Positions 11,901 to 26,900 of a stretch of DNA of 64,000 bases are shown here, piece by piece. Position numbers and translations under genes: made by a program. The notes beneath the pieces are model-generated. The model was given only the letters and a program-made list of their open reading frames with translations. It made no database searches and was not told where the DNA came from. The first letter of the stretch is position 1, and every line of letters starts with the position of its first letter. Origin of the DNA: Zygnema circumcarinatum SAG 698-1b (lineage: Eukaryota; Plantae; Zygnematophyceae); the NCBI GenBank assembly GCA_037447605.1, contig CM074805.1:1087361-1151360 (forward strand), given 5' to 3'.

Positions 11901-14900
11901 ACAAAGCATAACCTGGTAGATCCTGGATAGGAGAAAGCAGGTATTTGTGAAAATCACATGCCATTTAAGGATCCTCCTCTTATTCATCCTGTTGCCCAAA
12001 TCGGCGATTTTGCACTAAATCAGAGTTCGCCAGTAAACAAAAAGGACGAGAGATAAGGGACTTTTGCTGTGGTTGATGAAGTAAAGGGGACACACCTGCA
12101 GGTTTTCATAGAACGACTCGAACTCTATCATGAAGTTGCAGGCAGTGATAGGAATAGCGAAGTCCACCCGCAGTTCTGTTTGGCCCTGCCCTAGCTGACA
12201 CGTTCTGGCCTTCTTCCATAAGGACCAATTGTTCTTCAATTCTGCAAGGTCTGCTACAGCTCTGTTGTTGTAGTACATCTTCACGCATTTCACCGCCTTT
12301 GAACGTCGTGCATCCAAAACACTCATACTCACACTCTGCCAGGACATGAAAAAGCAGCTAAACTGCTTGGTTATGGTCAGGCTAAAGGATGCTATCATGG
12401 CAGATGATGCAGCACACTAGCGTGACAATTGAATTCCTCTACTCCGCTCTCTATTGCGGGCTCGTAAAGAGAAACAGCAAGCACAATAAGATCACGTCTG
12501 AGTAATGGTCACACCTGTATGGTGTGACTGCCCGTGCACTTCACCAGAATACGGTTGTCAGTGTACTTTGTTTCCAGTTTTAGTCCATCCAACTTCATAC
12601 GTGAATAGGCGACCTCGGGACTGCTGCAGGCAAGGCACGGTTCGCTCTCCAAATAGTACCCATCAAACTCAACCAAACTTCTCAGAATGTTGTAGAGACG
12701 TGAATTGGGATGGTTGGCGAGAAGTTCGTTCTGCCCCCGAAGCGTTGTGAGAATACTATCCAGGACAGGCCCATTCAGGCTGCTGTGTATCAAGGAACTT
12801 TCTTCAGTCAATTTGCTGTCCAAGGTATTTGCAGGAGATTCCTGAGCAGGCACTGCCTTGACAATCAGCCATGATAGAAGTTCCGAGAATTTATCTACAT
12901 TGTGGCCGTAGGATGGGAGGAAAGGTACACGACTTAGCAGCAGAGTAAGAAGAAGCGACCGAAAGCTCTTGTTCCCGTGATGCCACGCTCCCTGAGACAA
13001 TCAGTAGGGCAGCAATGGATTTGGGAGGTCAGAGAACAGTAGAAGCTGTAAACAACAAAACCCCAAAACAAGCCCTGGGAAGACATACAAGTGAGAGTGG
13101 ACATCATAGGGTACGATGTCACATAAGCGTTCCTGGAGTGGAATTGTCTTGTTTTCTTTGTCCACTCCTCACTGGGATCCCAACAAGCTGGTTTCCGAAC
13201 ACTCAAACTCTCTTTCGCAACTTTTAGTAACCATCTTGAAGGCAGTTCAATGACTCACCTGCAGAACGGCTTTTGCTTCAGCCCTTATAGAGAACGCACT
13301 CCACTCGAGCAAGAAGTGATTAATGAATGACAGAGTTTGTCCATCACTATTGCCCAACAAAAGCGTCACTTGCGGCTCCATATCCAATGTCCCTTTTTCA
13401 CTCCTTTCACCCCCCTGTCCGTCCTCTCCGCTCCGCCTCCTCCTCGACCTCTTCTCTTTACTTACTTCACCTGCAGGGCTACTGCCTGCATCTCCATCAG
13501 AGCCAAGACTGTGCCGTCCTGAGCCATACCGCAGTTTGGCTGATGAACTTAGCCCTGCACTTCCAGAATCCGCACCTTCAGCCTTATCTTGGTGAGTGGC
13601 AGAAGATGCAGACTGTGCAGTAGAGTGGTGAAATGCCAAGCCAATGAGCTTAAGGGCAATAAGAGCCGATTCTTCATCCCAAAAAGCTGCTGAATCAAGC
13701 AGGAAAGGCAGTGTGTCATGGTTGCGAAGACAATGCTTTTGCCAATTTCGAGGTCGTGAAGTCGCCACTTCCGCAGCAGCTGCCAAGCATCTCACTAGCT
13801 TCACTCGCCGTTCATAAGGCATAGGTTTCCGGAAACTCCCTGACTTTCTGGACAGCTTGTGTAGACGCTGTAAGGTTGACAACATTCACAAGTAATACAG
13901 AGTTATAAAGCAGCATCGACAAGAAAAGATAGATTTCCTTCTGTGAACTCCTGCCAAATGTCTGTAATGCTAGTGACATACAAATCAAAAAATCCTTTTA
14001 CAATTCCTTGTGCACCAGTATGTTCGATTGCTTGCAAGTTAGCTTTAGGACAGACACAATAACATCAGCACCCCTTGCGACTCGCGGAGCTCAAACTGCA
14101 TACCACGCTAAGAAGAGATGCAGTTGCAGCAATGCTCCATATCACAGACTTACCTTCACTTCTGCTGAAAGCTGCCATGCATCACGGACAGCATAGTACT
14201 GGCCTTTGCTCCCGCACACATGCAGCAGAAGTTGTCGAACATACTTCCGGATGAATGAGGCATGTGTGTTGCTCATGTAACTACAAAGAATATCTTGCCA
14301 ACCTTCCAACTTCACCTCCTCTGCTCCCTTGATATTGTCAAATACCTCAGTAGCTTCAGTTCCATCTCCATTGTCTCCTGTTCTGCTCGATGCCCTCTGC
14401 CGAATCAAGCTGTAAGCTAGACGAAATGCACTTTCCAATAGAAGTTTATGGAACTCCTCAAACAGATCTCCTCTATGAGCCTTGGCGTATGAGTTGGAAA
14501 AGAAAGGAGCAAAGGAACCCGATGCTAATTCGCTTCTAGACGCTGAAAAACCTACGTAGCCAGAAAGTCCTCCAGGGGCACCAATCTGAGTGGGCAGGCT
14601 ATCTCCTCCCCCCCCGGAGGATGCAGCCTTGAAGTGAGGACTGAGCCGTGTCACAATGTCAAGCAAGTAAGGGAGAAGCGGTCCTTTCCTTAACAATGCG
14701 CAGGCAGATTCAAGTTGCCGCATAGCTTCTTCATGAGTACCCATAGATTCATTCGTCAAAAGTTCTTTATTACTTTGGCCCTCGGGTTCAGCGATTGACA
14801 GACTCGCACCCACCTCTAGGGCTGTGTCAGTGCCAGGTTGCCGCCAATTGCGGAGAACAAGCGCAAGAAACATGAAGGTAAGCATTGCTACCTCCCCCCT

Positions 14901-17900
14901 CTCCGTCCTCATATCCAGTGGGAGAGGGGCAGACAGGTCAAGTTCATGCAGCAGCATGATTACAAGTCTCTCTAGATTAAGACCACGAGATTCCACTTCC
15001 CTCGTTCCAACTGTGTTGACCACTTTATTGTTACCACCCTCCGCCGGAGGAGGAACTCTTCCCTCTGGAACAGCGGCTAACGGCCCTGATCCTCGTGCAG
15101 ATGCTACTCCCAATCTATAGAACAATTGGAAAACTGGCAGAGCATCCATGCCTGAACATCTTTTCATCCAACCACCCATGCCATTCATCAGCTGCTGAAG
15201 AAGCAGACGACCCACGACAAAGCTCATCTCACCATCACTGCGCGATTGAACCGCACTTGTGTGACCTTGGACCTGCTGCCACGACGGTCCAATGGTTTCT
15301 AGAAAACTATCGGTGTTCACTTCTGCTATGGTCTGAAGGCCGGCCGCTGTTTCTTCTCTAACAGACCCCAACTGAGATTCTTGCTCTTGTAAGCTCATTT
15401 CCTTGGCCAGCTCCACGAGAGCTTCCTCTGACATGTCTTCCATCAACTCGTAAGCTCGCCTCCAAGCCTCTGGAATGTCAAGTCTATCCGCCTGCCCTTC
15501 TACTTCACCGTCGTCCACATCCATATAATCTTCCCGATCTTCCTCTGTTCCAATCCTTTCCACGTGTTCATCTTCATGCAGCCTCTCTTCATGCTGAACA
15601 ATACTCTCCCTCGGATGCCTATTCACATCCTCTCCTGAGCTTACACCAACTGCAAAAGCTGGCCATTCTGCAACCCCATCACCATCGATGGGTATGGCAG
15701 TCATCGGATGCGTCAGAGTGTGGGACACAGGCAAGCTTCCTGCAAACATGGCCTGATAGCAGTCTTCACAGAGGTCGAAATCAGGACACACTGTACAGTG
15801 CCAACGATGATGAACAATAGGGCACTTCTTGCAGCCGTCGCAGCAATACTGCACAGCCGTTTCCGGAAGGAGAGTTTCCACGTTATCCATAGCTGGCTTC
15901 GTGGGTGGTAGTTGCAACAGATGTGATGACAATGCAAGGCTGCAAGTAAACAAACACAAGCTTCTCAGCCGACCAGAACTCAGATTCAGTTAAGAGTTAA
16001 GAGAGTTCAGTTAAGAGGTTGTCAAAGTCCAGAAAGTTTCCTTCATTCTTGACTTTAGCTGCAACAGCATGCCTGATGCGAATGAAATAGAATCCTCAGG
16101 TAAGCCAATACCACTCCTCTATGTTCTGAAATCAGCGCTGCTTCAGCAACGTTCAACCACCTCAGTCCATGCTTGAACTCAATTACATGAGGAATCAATC
16201 TGCCTCAGGAAATATTCCAATTAAAGACTAGCATAGCATCAGACCTAAGTCAGAGCTGACAGGAAGCCTACATCAGTTTACTTATAGCGCTATGATAACG
16301 GCCCACCTGCAAGCACTGCTGACAGACTCCGCTTGCGCAAACAGCAGCGCACGAATTAGAGTTACCGCCGGCTCCAACTGAGCCGCTATGGCCTCCGTAG
16401 GGGCTTCCCCGACTGCGACAGCTTTCTTCACTAGATACTGTGCAAATGCACATAGAATATTGACCATCAGAAACACCAATTGGTTGCTCATATGGCCCTC
16501 AAGCTGACCGGCCTCCTCAACAGCCCACATAGCGTCTACCAACATTTGCATAATTTCCACACCTGCACAAGAAGCGGAAGTGGCATCAAAGGGTAACCAC
16601 TCAGAAGTGATCTTAATAGCGTTGACAAGAACAAAAGATTGTGGTACCCTTGAAACCACATGAAGCATAACGAGTTAGTTGCCACAACCTATAAGTGACA
16701 AAAAAAAAAAAAAAACAAGCGTGCAAAAGTATAGGTGCGTTATCAGGAACACTTCAAATCGTTTCTGTTTGTGTGTTGAAACGTACCATGCTTGTCTAAG
16801 AATGCAGCAAAGTTGGGAAAGCGCACAGTTGCAATCCTGCATGCTGCTTGCAGGTGCTCCATATAGTCCAAGACAGCAGCAGGGCGGCTGCGCCCCCCTC
16901 TCAGCATTCTCTGCCGAATGCCGCCTATGCTCCTTGCAATTCCAGCCAATCTCATCCCATCCTTCACCTGCAAGAGTGAAAAAGATAGTGTTAACAGATT
17001 TTTCACATGAGTCTTGACGTTTGGACCACGAGACCATACTCCACTACAGCTTTTTTTCATTACAAAAGTTGAAGTACAAGGAAGCAAGTGGAGCAAGAGC
17101 CGGCTCCTTCACCGGAAAACGACTTTCGCAGAACAGCAATGACCAAGTTCTAGTTTCATAGGGAGCAATCAAGCTTGCCATATCTTTGGCCTCGTACGTG
17201 CTGGTTGATTTCATCAAGCCAGATGTATTTCATCTTTAGCAAGCCATCTGTTTGTGTGATAGTATGTTCAGGCGTTTCACATGCAGAAAAGTGCATTTCA
17301 CCATTTCCTTCGCACACGGAGAGCAATTGATACCTGAAAGTAGCTTTCATTTGAGGGGTAAAGTGCTCGTAAAACTCCTCGAGCAGCAACCTGTAGACCC
17401 TGCCGTATTCCAGTTTCCAGTATAGGACGGACTAAAGCCAAAACCCCTTTATGTCGCACACTCTCTTGAATGTGAGGAGATTGCCCGCCCTGCCCCTTTC
17501 CACTAACATCTGTTCTCTCTATAGCGGCCTTGGACCCTCCAAAGGAATCATTCGCTGCTGAAGCCTTGTAAAATAGACGCAATGCATGAAGTCCGCAGCA
17601 AAGGGCTTGCTCCAATGGGGTTTCACTCTCTACTCGAACTGCACTGTTGCTCCTACTGGCAGATGATGTACCACCAGAAACAGCCCCTCCCTGAAGGTCT
17701 TGCTCAAGAACAGCCTCTACCCTGTCCTTGTATCCGAAATCTTCTTTGGTGCGTGCGTACACATCAAGGTTGTCGATTCGAGGGAGTGCAGTCCCATTGA
17801 AGGTAGGCCCGACGGTTAGAGTGAACTCTTTATCAGCAACGAGGGATTCTAAGTTAGTGAAAGGGATTTCATACCAGCGGCGGAGTCCTTCCTCCAACCG

Positions 17901-20900
17901 AACAGTCCGATTAAAAACTGTAATGGATACTGGAATGTGACTCGCCGAAGTGTTTCCCACGTGAACACGGCACCCCACCATCACGAGATCGGCATTTGAA
18001 TTGAAGACCATAAGCTGCAGATTAAGGAACAGTTAGGAGCTGCTAAAAGAACAGGATGCAAGTACTTAATTCTCAGGTAAATCCTCAAACCTGGTAGCAA
18101 ATGCAAAAAAATCAGCCTCTAAAAACTATTCTCTCTACTATATCCGGATGTGATGACGCACCTTAAAGCCTGACGCACTCGGACTCTCCAAAAATCCATC
18201 TTCCGCTGTGACACTAAGCTTAGCAGCTTCTGCATCTGTGTTGCGCAGGATATCACCACCTAGCTTTATATCTGGAGTAATGCACGTTGCTCTCTCGAAA
18301 AAATCGAAAGGGAAAGTTGGGACATCAGAAGTGCGGAGCCCAGCAAGGGCTGTACCAAGTCGACGTGCCTGATCTGCTTCACTCAACTGCGAGCCCCTAG
18401 ATGCAACTCCTGAACCATTTGCTCCAAGTTTCTTGGCTTCCTCTTCGCCTCCTCGTGGGGCATAAGAGAATATCTGCAAAGAATCCAATGTCTGCTCAGT
18501 TGTTGCATGGACTAGATCGGACAAGTGGGTTGATCTTCAAGAGGTTGTAATAAACCCACCCATCGGGTTGGTCTCGGATAATCTAGTGCAAAGTTTGTAT
18601 CGAATTCATTCTGCATTTACTGTACGGACTGTGAGGGGCTGACTTTCGATGAACTAAGTCGACAACAGGGGGTCAAAAGACTGCTCAGGAAAATGCAGCC
18701 TGACCTGAAGACTGCCATCATCATTAAGCAGAAATACAGCACTTCGGTCCCCAGAAGGGGGCTGATATGCTCCAACGCCATCCAATCGCAATGAAGACGA
18801 GCTTGGGACCATCCTCAACTGCTGCATCTCTAGATGGTCCTTTCGAACCTGCAGGGAAGGGGATCACCAGTTAAGTCCATCCCAATATGCACAGTTTCAA
18901 GGCACATGAAGCACAGCTTTAGATAGCTCACGATATAGACTCCATCACAACTATTCACTAACAATCCCATTGTAGTTGGACAGAACATTTACAAACGCCG
19001 AGAAGCAAAGACGAACTGAGAGTATGATTCACAGAACAAGGAAATGGACGCATCTGCGGGGTTCTAGTCTCTTCTAGCCATCTAAAGATACAATTGTGTA
19101 AAAAAGCTAACGCAAAGAAAAAAGTCAGTAGAATCTTTCAACGACATGTGTGTGTTGCATACCTGAACTGCAAAAACAGAGCCGGATTGTGTCCAGACGA
19201 AAAGCCCCGACCCTGGCAGGACTTCGTGCCATTTGTGTAAGGCAACAGACCGTCCCCGAGCCTGGGATTCCTGCTCCACCTCTACGACTGCAGCACCTTT
19301 AAATGCCTGCGGAACAATCGGCACCAACAGTTGGAACTCTTTCAGCAAACAGCTTAAGCGGAAAGGTTTTCATCTGAAGGCCAGAAATGGAACCCTCGAT
19401 GCAAAAGGAAGAACTTGTAGTTTACTGTCTGTTGACCCACAGTAACAAGGTCATGCATAGTACTTTGCAAGAAGTGCTGCCCGAGATTGGAAAGGTGGAC
19501 AAGATAGTCATCTAGTTCCAAACGAGCACCAATAGCGTGCGAATGCCACATTGCCTTCTCAACAGCCAACTGGGGAAAAGTATTAAACCATCATGCACCA
19601 TATGCCGATCACTTTAATAACGACTTCGCTCATATGGAGTCTGAAGCCTCCCCAAATGACAAGCTATACACCTCCTAGGTAGTATGAGTAAAATTTCTTT
19701 TGCATGAAACAATCACTTGAGTTTACAGAAGATAGCAACCAAGATTCAGCTAGTCGTAGGCCAGGATAGTCCATGTTGGCTAACTGCCTTGAAATGAGAA
19801 ATATCTTTCAGCTCAGTTCAAAAGCTTCACATGTCATTCCCAATCACACAAAAAAATGCACCCAGTGTCTGTCAAATTGTTTACGAACTTTAATGAACGA
19901 ATGGGACCCATCGGCATAACCAAAGCAATGTAGACTCACCGTTGCATCAGCGTTCAACCGGCCAAACAAGCAGCGACCCTCCTCAAAAGCCACTACAAGG
20001 AAGCGCAATGCTGTTGAGTAGCACAGAGACGCGCCATTTCCCAGCGATTGGAGGGCCTCGGGAAAACGAATGACTGACTTGAGGACAATCAGACTGGTGT
20101 TCTCCTTCCGCGGGTTCAATGGCTCAGAGTAAAGCATCCCCTGCAACGTTTTTGGCAAGCTCAACATCAATCATCGTACCCTCGCAATCAATCAGATTCA
20201 CAGGCTTGACCACAAATAGCAATTTAAGTTTGGTTGGCACCTCCACCTAACACATCCACAACGATGGCAATAAACGATGTCAATGCGTCGGATTTGAATT
20301 ATGCCGACTACCTTTCCCCCCCTCACCCAGCTAAGGGAACATACCTGCTGGGTTAGCACAACAGCCGCGAGATGACGGCCGGTGATTGGCACTAGCACGG
20401 CATCTTGGATTGTGTCTCCATCTACCTCAAGACGCATACAGGGGCTCATGTGATCTACCGAATGGACAAAAAACTCCACAGATCGGCTGGTTACCACCAT
20501 TAGTCGAATCTGCTCCACTCCCGACGAAAGCCCACCTTGCACAGTCAAATGTTACTCCATGCTCCATGCTCCATTCTCCATGCTTAAGCTTCTGATCCCT
20601 TAAGAGCAAGGAAGTCTCACCCTTCGGTTTTGTCAGCTGCGAATGTGTCTCATTCAATTTTTCTCTTGCGAGGAGTAAAACTGACCTGTGAGTTTGGGAC
20701 CCACTGAATCCGCCGTATGTGGGCCACACCATGCAAAGCCAACTCCACTGCAAGCCGGTCGATAACCTCTCCTCCCGTGTTCAATGTAAACACTTGGCAG
20801 TCTTCAAAGCCGGCGACAGCAAGGAAGGACTCATTTGAGGGATTAAACTCCACATGTACCACTCCAAAGCGGACTGCATTTCTGCTCAACGCTTTAACAG

Positions 20901-23900
20901 TGGTTTTATCAACAGTTACTGGTGCTGCAGTAGACTGTCCAATCAACTGTCCCACATCCAACACTGTGACCTTATCTCCTTCCCCTGCTGCCATTCTGCC
21001 TCGACTGCTCACGCTCACGATAGATTTAGCCAGCGCACCATTGCTAAGACAAGCTTTCAAATCACGGTCACTAGAATACTCTGTTTTTGTTTTCATATCC
21101 AGTGAGCCACTCTTAAATGCTCGTTTTAACCGCAAAATCTCGCCATGAACAGCTGTCAGTGTATCGGCACTGAAGTCAAGATCGTCATCATCCTCCACTC
21201 CTGCTGGCTGTGTTTCCAGCAAAGCAAGAAGCCTCTGACAAGTATGAAGCAGCTTTCTCTCAACATCCATCTTCCTCAGCCACGACAACAATTGTCCATC
21301 CATCGCTATCACTCCCATTGGCAACCGTTCAACATCTGCGTCAAGCTCTGCTTCCTCTTCTTCCTCATCCATTTCCTCTGCATCAGCCCGCTTTAGGGCC
21401 TGTCTATGTGCAGACGTTTCTGCCGAAACCGATGGCCCACCCGATGAGGTAACACCAGGCAATGGTGGAGGTGCTCTAGTTGGCTGTCCTGGAAGTCTAA
21501 ATTTTCTCGGCTTTAAGGAAATACAATTTCCGGCACGAATGCCACCACTTGCTCCCGCACCACAGTCACAGAAAAACCTGCTATGGCGTGAATAAACGAC
21601 CTTATGCCCCTTATGGCAGACAGCAGCACACACAGAGCAACAGCCCTTCGATACCGTGAGATCACAGGAATAACAGAAGTACCAATGTTGCTCCATGAAG
21701 TTGTTTCCACTAGACGTATACGTACAGATTCGAGACGCTAATGCTCTCTCCCCACCTCCCAAGCCCTCTTCATCCTCAACTTCTCCATCGGTGAGGTCAT
21801 CATCTTCTTCCTCGTCAGCAGAATCTGCTAATAGAATCTGACCACCACTATTCACTGAATTAGCTGTGGTTGTTGATGCGTTCAACATGCCTGCCTCTCT
21901 CCCACGCATGCCTTGCCCAGCTGCGGTCTCATTCAGCTCTTTCTGCCAGTGACGTTCGGCAGGACCACTTTTCCCAACTCTCCCCTGCCGACCACCGGAA
22001 TCATCTCCCACTCCCTCTTGGCATCCAAGGAGTGCGGAATTGAGGACTACTAAAACTGTCTCGAGTCCTTCCAGGTGTCTATGGGACGAAGCCCTTTGCA
22101 CTTCCCTCTGTTCGGTACTCCCTCTGCTCTCAAATTCAAGATGCCCCTGTTCCGGAGCATCCAGCTGAAATTCTTCCATCAACCCCAATAGAGTTTCCAG
22201 CACTTTGGGTACAGACTCGCCTCGAGCCAATCTCGCAAGCAGAAGGAGGTAATCTCTTGCTGCCTCAGAATTATGAACAGTGAAGGCTTTTCTTACGTTT
22301 TGCAGAAGTGCATCGACCAAACACATCCGTAAGTCATCCGTCCGCCCTTGCCCTGTATCCAATCTGCTGTTTTCCTGAACAATAGCTTCTAAGATCTGCG
22401 ATGCCAATGACCGCACTTCTGGTGGGGCTTTCCAGTCAATAGGAGGTGACGACACGCGTCCAAAAGGGACTCCTCCAGAGCCAAGCAATCTGTGCTCTAA
22501 CCAAATAGCAAGTGTAGTTGAGTCCATAGTCTGAAAAACCCTTCCAATACTTCTTCTAAATATAGAGTTCGCTACACTGTCACGACCTTGTAACATCGCC
22601 ACGAGGAGTCGAAGCACCGAAACATTGGCAGCCTGACTGAAGTTGTTGTTCAGTAAACAAATTAGAAAAGAAATGTTGCCAGAACCATTGGATGGTACTG
22701 CTACAGTCATATCTTTACCAACTGGACCTGCCGTGGACTGAGCCGAACCCTCAAAATACTGCAGAAATGCAGACTGGGAGTTTGTCCAAGCTGCCTCTAT
22801 GCAGGCCATGCACTTCACCAGAACTGGATCGAATTCTTTGTTTGTAACTGCTTGTTTCTCCACCAGTTCTCGTGATAAAAGCTCAACACAACGAACGGAG
22901 TGCATATCCATGGATTGGAGAAGTTCAGCCTGTGATGCAAATAAGCGTTCCAAAATTGTTCTACTTTGCAGCCGGAGCTTCGCGAAAGGAGCTTCCTGGT
23001 ATATCTCCATGAGACTTGACAACATGCCACCATACTCAGCACTGAACATTTCCCTGAGCTCGCTTGGCCCAGAAGAAAGGCCATCTGCAGTTTCCGGATC
23101 AAATTTTCTGCGGTTACTCGATAAAAAATCAAAGGATGACTCGATTGCTCTTAACAGCAGGCTGACAGTCATTTGACATACAAGAACCAGTAATGCCTCG
23201 GAGCCTCCAGAGGAAGGGACTGCCTTGAGCAAAACATACATGAGTGACTTCCCAAGGTAACTCCGTGATTCTCCTGCAAGGGGATGTCCTGCCCCTCCAA
23301 TAACAACCCTTAAAGCGTCTGCTTGTGCCGCCTCCAGGCCACCTGGCCATAAGAGAGTCTCCACCAATCTCTCTTCTATTCCAAGTTTCTGAAACTCACC
23401 TGCAAGCCTACTTGAATCCTGTCCGGGGCATCGCAGTAGCAACATTGTAACCGCCGATTGGTCCTGTTGGCTGCCAGGAATAGCAGAGACAAGGACTCTG
23501 CCCACAGCGGATTGCCAAGCTTTGACATGCCATCTCAAAAAGCGAGAGAATAGTTGTAATAACTCCGAGCCACCCCCATGTTCAAGATACCCTTGAACAG
23601 CTCCGGCAAATTGATGACCCTGATCATCCAACTGCTGCGAACGAGGAAGTTGCAGCAGAAAGTCTGCTGCACTCTTATTATTAAGGCCAACTCCTAAAGA
23701 GTCACGTGCAATGGGAGCCTCTGAAAATAGTCTTCTATTGGCAGCACCATCATCTGATTCAGAATCTTCAGAGGCACTACCTGGGGCAGAGGTCCGAGAA
23801 TGGGATATTACCGAAGGCGATGTCGCAGAGCGACTTGTGACTGAGAGGTGCTCCTGTGTGTGGGCTTGTCGTGTGCCAATTAACAACAGATCCAAGCAGC

Positions 23901-26900
23901 ACTGCAAAACAGCTTCTAAGCGAAAATATTCGAAGGAGCCCACAATAACTTGTCCACTTTGCAGCTTCTCCAACACTGTGTGCAGGAACTTCAAAACTGT
24001 GTGCTCGAAGGAAAGGGCAGACCCTCCCTTGCTTTCACAGCTCTGCAAACAGCACGTGTAACTTGATATCATCAGGAAGGTACGTATTGCCAATGTACAT
24101 CTTGATTCTAGACCCTGGCAGTCATACAACTAGGGCTAAAACATATGGTCATAGGCATCACAATCATAACAAACGTCCAATAGTCCAATTTTACCAAATC
24201 AATAATAGTTTGAAAGTCAGACACCTGAAAACCAATACTTCATAACTGTCTCAACGAGACGTGTCTTCCTAAGAAAATGCCCTTTGTCAGGCAATTTCTC
24301 CTATAGCACAGACTTTCTGTCACCAGTAGTGAACTATTGTTATCTCACAAAGGAAATTCCTACAACCCAGTTCAACCTACAGTGGGGCGGAACTCGAGTC
24401 AGAAGGCGCACTTAATCATGCGACAGTGCCATTCTCTTGGTTAGTGCAACAATTCAATATTAATAATTCAATAATTCAATAATTTTTAATAATTCAATTC
24501 AATTCATGCAATACATTCACGGTCGTAAATCATATTGTGGCAGTTGCAACCATAAGTCACTAAGTAGGATGAGAACAGTGCATGTTAAGCACACTCTTTC
24601 GAAGCTAAAAAAACAAAATGTAGTTACTTGCCCATATATTCAATACAACTGTAAGGCAGGGTTCACAGAGATGCTGCAAAGTGCGTAATGAATAAAGGAG
24701 GCCGTTACTCGCCTGCCTCAGGATGGTAAGTTGACAGAGCATGGAAAACGACGATGAAGGATCCTGTTGTACTGTATGAGGTTCAATAAGCATCAAGCTT
24801 GTTGTCAGTTGCCAACAAATATGATGCACATATCGTTCGACCAGAATCTCTTCCTGTACATTTGGAACGAAGCTGCCAGCCAATTCCATCAGCCTCAGAA
24901 TGAGGCGTATCACATCGTTCAAGTCTCGTGCTAAGAACTTAGCAGGCAAAATGCGAGCCATAACTTCTGGTAAAGGCTCATCCATAGGATCTGCCAGCTC
25001 CACCAAAGCTTCCTCCCATTCTCCTATCCCTGATCGATCTGAGTAATTGCTGGCCCATTGGGAACTCGAGTCGTATTGCCGTAAACAGTGCTGCAAATGC
25101 CTCGGAAGCCACGCAGGGAAAGAGTCCGCATAACAGGCCATGTGTTTAATTACCAACACAAGCCTTGAAACTGGTAAGAGCCATGCTGCTAAAACTGCAC
25201 TGGACGCAGTGCCTTGTTCTTGTTCTCCATTTGCACTGACGCCTTCTCCAGAATCTGGGGCAGTGTTGGAAACAATGTTCTTTAAACAGGAAGTGACACA
25301 TGTCCAAACCTGAGTCTTCCCATCTACACTGAGAATGTGAAATGCCATAAGCAAAACCTCCAGAAGAAGCACCGAAGGAATTTTGGCAAGGGTGCCTTTC
25401 AGCCCTGTCACGAGTGCTGCTTCAGCAATTTGCAGCATGGACTGACAGTATTTCTGCCATAGCTCAACTATGAGAGGATCGTCCTTGTTGCCTGAAGGGT
25501 CTGTAGGATGTTTGGGAGAGTTATGGGAAACATATCCCCGAGCAGACCTCTGAATGAGGAGTCTAGCAAGAAGAATTAAAGCTGCTGACGGCCTTTGAGA
25601 AAAACGCTCGTCGCTGCAATACTTCAACCCACAAGATAAGAGTTTCTGAGCCAGGTGAGCTTCCAGAACATCAGTCAAAGCACACCTAACCAGGAGTGCT
25701 TCCAGAAAATGGAAGGAAGCAGAAACTAAACCCGCTACTTGGTTATCCGCCGGAGTCTCTCCACAGTCTTCTGCAGGATGAGCGTCAGGTTCCACTCTCT
25801 GCTCTGCAGATTCAGAACGTTTCCTTTTTACTGACTCTAGAAAAGTAAAAGGAGTGGTTGCCAGTTGAAGAATGGCATCCAAATGACGTGCTTGGATCTG
25901 CTGTTTAGCAGCAAGAAAAACATCTTGTTCCGAATCTGGTGCCGAAATGAACTCGCTGAAGAATACAAGGATCTGCTGAGCAGCCTGAAGATATCCGACC
26001 TCAGCTCCATGCTGGCTACAGCTTCCTCTTTTCTTTGGAGATGTCCCCTCCTCTGAATGCCGACTAGGTTCCGCAAAAAGATCCCCAAACCAGAGATCGT
26101 CTTCCTCACTTCCATGAGAGCCGACAGATCCTTCCTGAGAACGACTGCTAGAGTCCTCACTATCTGGTTGCTCTCTGTCCGCAACCCTGTATTCAAACCC
26201 GATTTGCTGCTTCCAATCCTCATAAAACAACAAGGAAGTTGATATCAAATTGTCTAGCCACGGTCTTTCAGGAGGAAACAACAGCCTGACTTGTTCCTCC
26301 ATGGTCTTCGGCACCTGAAGCTGCTCAAGCCTACTGTGAAGGGAGTGTGTACTGGGCACAACTATCCCTCTTTCAGCTGGATTAGCAGAAACCAGCACCC
26401 CCTTCATTGTCCGAGTGACTGCATATATATCCTGTAGAAGGTCTAAGAGGTGTGACACTGCATAAGGCGTACATATTATAGGTCGAGATTTAAGCATTGT
26501 GCCGTCCACATCTTCGGGAATCTGCCTATTCATCTGGTTTTCCAGGGCATCATGTGATAACCCCAATTTGACCAAAATGGCCATTACAAGTTCCACACGC
26601 ATGTTCTGGAATGTGCTCATGTTAGGCAGGCATAACTCCATCATCCTTAGCACGTCGTCAAGTAGGGTTGGAACTGAAGACAGATTATGAGCAGCAGCCA
26701 TCGGCAGCCCATATAGTGGAGGAACTGCGTCCATAAGGGCTAGAAGCTGCGACATAGTTTCAACATCTCCTGCCCAAAGACTCCCTGATGCTACACTTAC
26801 TAACAACTTCAAAATGCTAGAGCATAAATCCAGTGCCGTGTTAGGTAATGAACCATCCTTTGAAACGTCACCATCAGAAAACTTGGAAAATTCCTTGTCA

